Source of the DNA: a virus
Lineage: Duplodnaviria > Caudoviricetes
Virus record (IMG/VR): IMGVR_UViG_3300021256_000095
Coordinates: 1 to 64,000 of that record
DNA length: 64,000 nucleotides
Direction: 5' to 3' (one strand)
A program made the position numbers and the translations under genes. The notes below the pieces were generated by a model that was not told the DNA's origin, did not search any database, and saw only the letters and a program-made list of their open reading frames with translations. Each line of letters begins with the position of its first letter. Positions within the stretch are counted from its first letter, which is position 1. Of this stretch, positions 63,101 to 64,000 are shown piece after piece.

Positions 63101-64000
63101 TAATGATAATCAACAAGACGGTGTTGACACTAAGAAGAAAGTGTATATGACACCTTCTTTTACTTTAACTCAAAGCAAAGGACAACAAACTACTTTAAAA
63201 ATTACTTATTTAAACGATGATCCTCAATATGGATATAAACCAAGTTTAATATCTAATTATGTGGTTGATAATGTAGAATACGAACATATTGCTAATAATG
63301 TAGTTAGAGTTAAATCTGAGAGAGAAGTAGCTTCTCAAATAGATCCGATAACTGGAAATCCAATTAAAAGAGTGAATTATGGATATTATACAATTCCTTT
63401 TTATTATTTTAATTATGGTTCAAATACTTCAGAGTTAATAGACCCAGCCCGTCATATTGTTATTACAGGAGGATATGATGAAGTTGTCTATGATAGTTCA
63501 GGTCTTAATCCTGAATATAATAAGCAAACTCCTTTTAAATTTTACTTATTTGATGAAAATGGTAAAGATATAACTCAAGATGTTATTACAGCTGCAAAGA
63601 ATGGTACTAGTGGAACAGTAATTGAATGGAAATGTTCTGGCGGTTTCCGCAAGCAGCAATATTCTCCATCAGTTACAGCTTATAGTTCTTTTGGAGCTAA
63701 TGAACAATTATATGGAAAATATTGTTCATATAATGGTTCTTATTATAAATGTAATACAAAGCATACTAAAGCAAAAAGTATTACCCTTAATGGAAAGACA
63801 TATGCGGCTGGCGCATTTGTAACACCATATTGGGATAAAGTTGATTATCCAAGTATGATATATCAACAATGTAATTTTATTCCAAATTCAACTTATAATT
63901 CATTAGTTACAAGTAATTTATTTAATTCATGGATTGAATTAGATATTCATTATAAAGATAAAACTAATAAAACATATATTGCTCAAGCTTTAATTCCAAT
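60126..64000 (+). CDS. large tail/baseplate protein, truncated by the window end
   Basis: ATG at 60126 after SD AGGAGG (MATHIDNSQ...). The last codons are in the same frame; internal openness was spot-checked, not exhaustively verified. Confidence 0.75.
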   Translation, partial: MATHIDNSQTMSATDIKNALINTFKRSAEKSVNEAAYDKTILATIQTCTDATIGQYKIKYQNGYFTAYAQDTSVIYNNQASVYVQVPKNDMNNKMFIIGLATDDTSQKSYINNLEGDQIFMKVSPNLLTVNDNIDMASYWNAPNTYIRVLYDSKKNSGNLISVNTNVLEYMKNKGATAIRFGAEFKTNLIEERKTGNYGIRLRLKFAKRNSNNEITEEYTKDYELDTFRMSGSPFNFNVYIPQYQYWDVPLEDFEGVETIYEFMTGFPQGTIPSESFRDIFIKNLTLHSAIKLYNTNNDKYKVEIIAERGTIFETDDSANTSLSLLGNLRVDGNIIPNPASQGLKCYWGKEDVSINTIKNPRYNEHLGKGWYCLNTANKKKNDGETVEQLKNPDVYTYQADEVIQNASDISGWNSQFLINLLKKMCPGKTTRIKCVIVYQNVPYEQIIEITNKGGYYIVLNTTDKATNFYNGAGFTNILAGLFRDNNGSLDVSKTLQAHFVWSEIDEVGLEKSLPLTSAEDILLSYPEWDVSKDNETKTDTEVENYLNTHPEASLCRERYNYYLDKYSTYLADGEDIDTSIEMQRSLNREENIINTKINNIEQMYVSNNKNDAGYYIFGPSAVTGSYISSNVAAGAQIDSSTQYFYGTTQYNTYKNVNNTLYHLRIKNIGNRATYKVTAFITENGITQAIETREITLVNTVASMKYNLEIVNGDQVFMYNVAGLAPTISSGSTTPIALRPLYFKLYGSDGGLLYDSQDPNNELFKTNITELSPKWSYNTKSLIKTSFSADNPICEIDSNNGNILIVNGQALFKYDIQEQFDNTKRDNSNIQLQVTYNKEQIIASTHFTFAKQGELGTNGTDMYLDIDDNTYEQYRSDVLSRSDYSEFNNTNGNNNTIDYFYPDQRHLKNTYLYATKGYSASQTEVNDINEARYVNLKFANSGTVDASTGKISLQGSDSATIVGYWYEDGNREIVNADSEWSTELDSGWIKTDNDNQQDGVDTKKKVYMTPSFTLTQSKGQQTTLKITYLNDDPQYGYKPSLISNYVVDNVEYEHIANNVVRVKSEREVASQIDPITGNPIKRVNYGYYTIPFYYFNYGSNTSELIDPARHIVITGGYDEVVYDSSGLNPEYNKQTPFKFYLFDENGKDITQDVITAAKNGTSGTVIEWKCSGGFRKQQYSPSVTAYSSFGANEQLYGKYCSYNGSYYKCNTKHTKAKSITLNGKTYAAGAFVTPYWDKVDYPSMIYQQCNFIPNSTYNSLVTSNLFNSWIELDIHYKDKTNKTYIAQALIP

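Noticed and set aside
34508-64000. Stop-codon reassignment
   Set aside because: Very long ORFs are intact in the standard code, TAA, TAG and TGA all end genes, and no suppressor tRNA was seen.

Overview
A 64 kb fragment of a large, AT-rich tailed phage (long non-contractile tail, SPbeta-like head/tail gene order). The likely host is a Gram-positive Bacillota, inferred from sigmaA consensus promoters, strong SD sites and Gram-positive LexA boxes. There are four zones. (1) 1-6 kb: a minus-strand tRNA/ncRNA cluster invaded by two homing-type endonucleases; one sits inside the anticodon loop of tRNA-Thr(UGU) as a 772-nt insert with no ribozyme core. (2) 6-17 kb: accessory genes (kinase-like, HExxH proteases, HAD phosphatase, wHTH paralogs) behind one stereotyped promoter, followed by an origin-like repeat region. 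(3) 17.4-34.4 kb: a promoter-saturated early/host-takeover region of tiny ORFs, tRNA-like RNAs and ORF-less transcription units. It is punctuated by about 15 counter-oriented promoter-GC hairpin-terminator cassettes carrying DnaA-box-like and LexA-box motifs, and is bracketed by a perfect 21-bp inverted repeat. (4) 34.5-64 kb: plus-strand morphogenesis genes (terminase with a group I intron, portal, protease/scaffold, capsid, neck, tail tube, 2.8k-aa tape measure, and a tail protein running off the end). The genetic code is standard. All calls come from reading the sequence by eye; no searches or folding programs were run.
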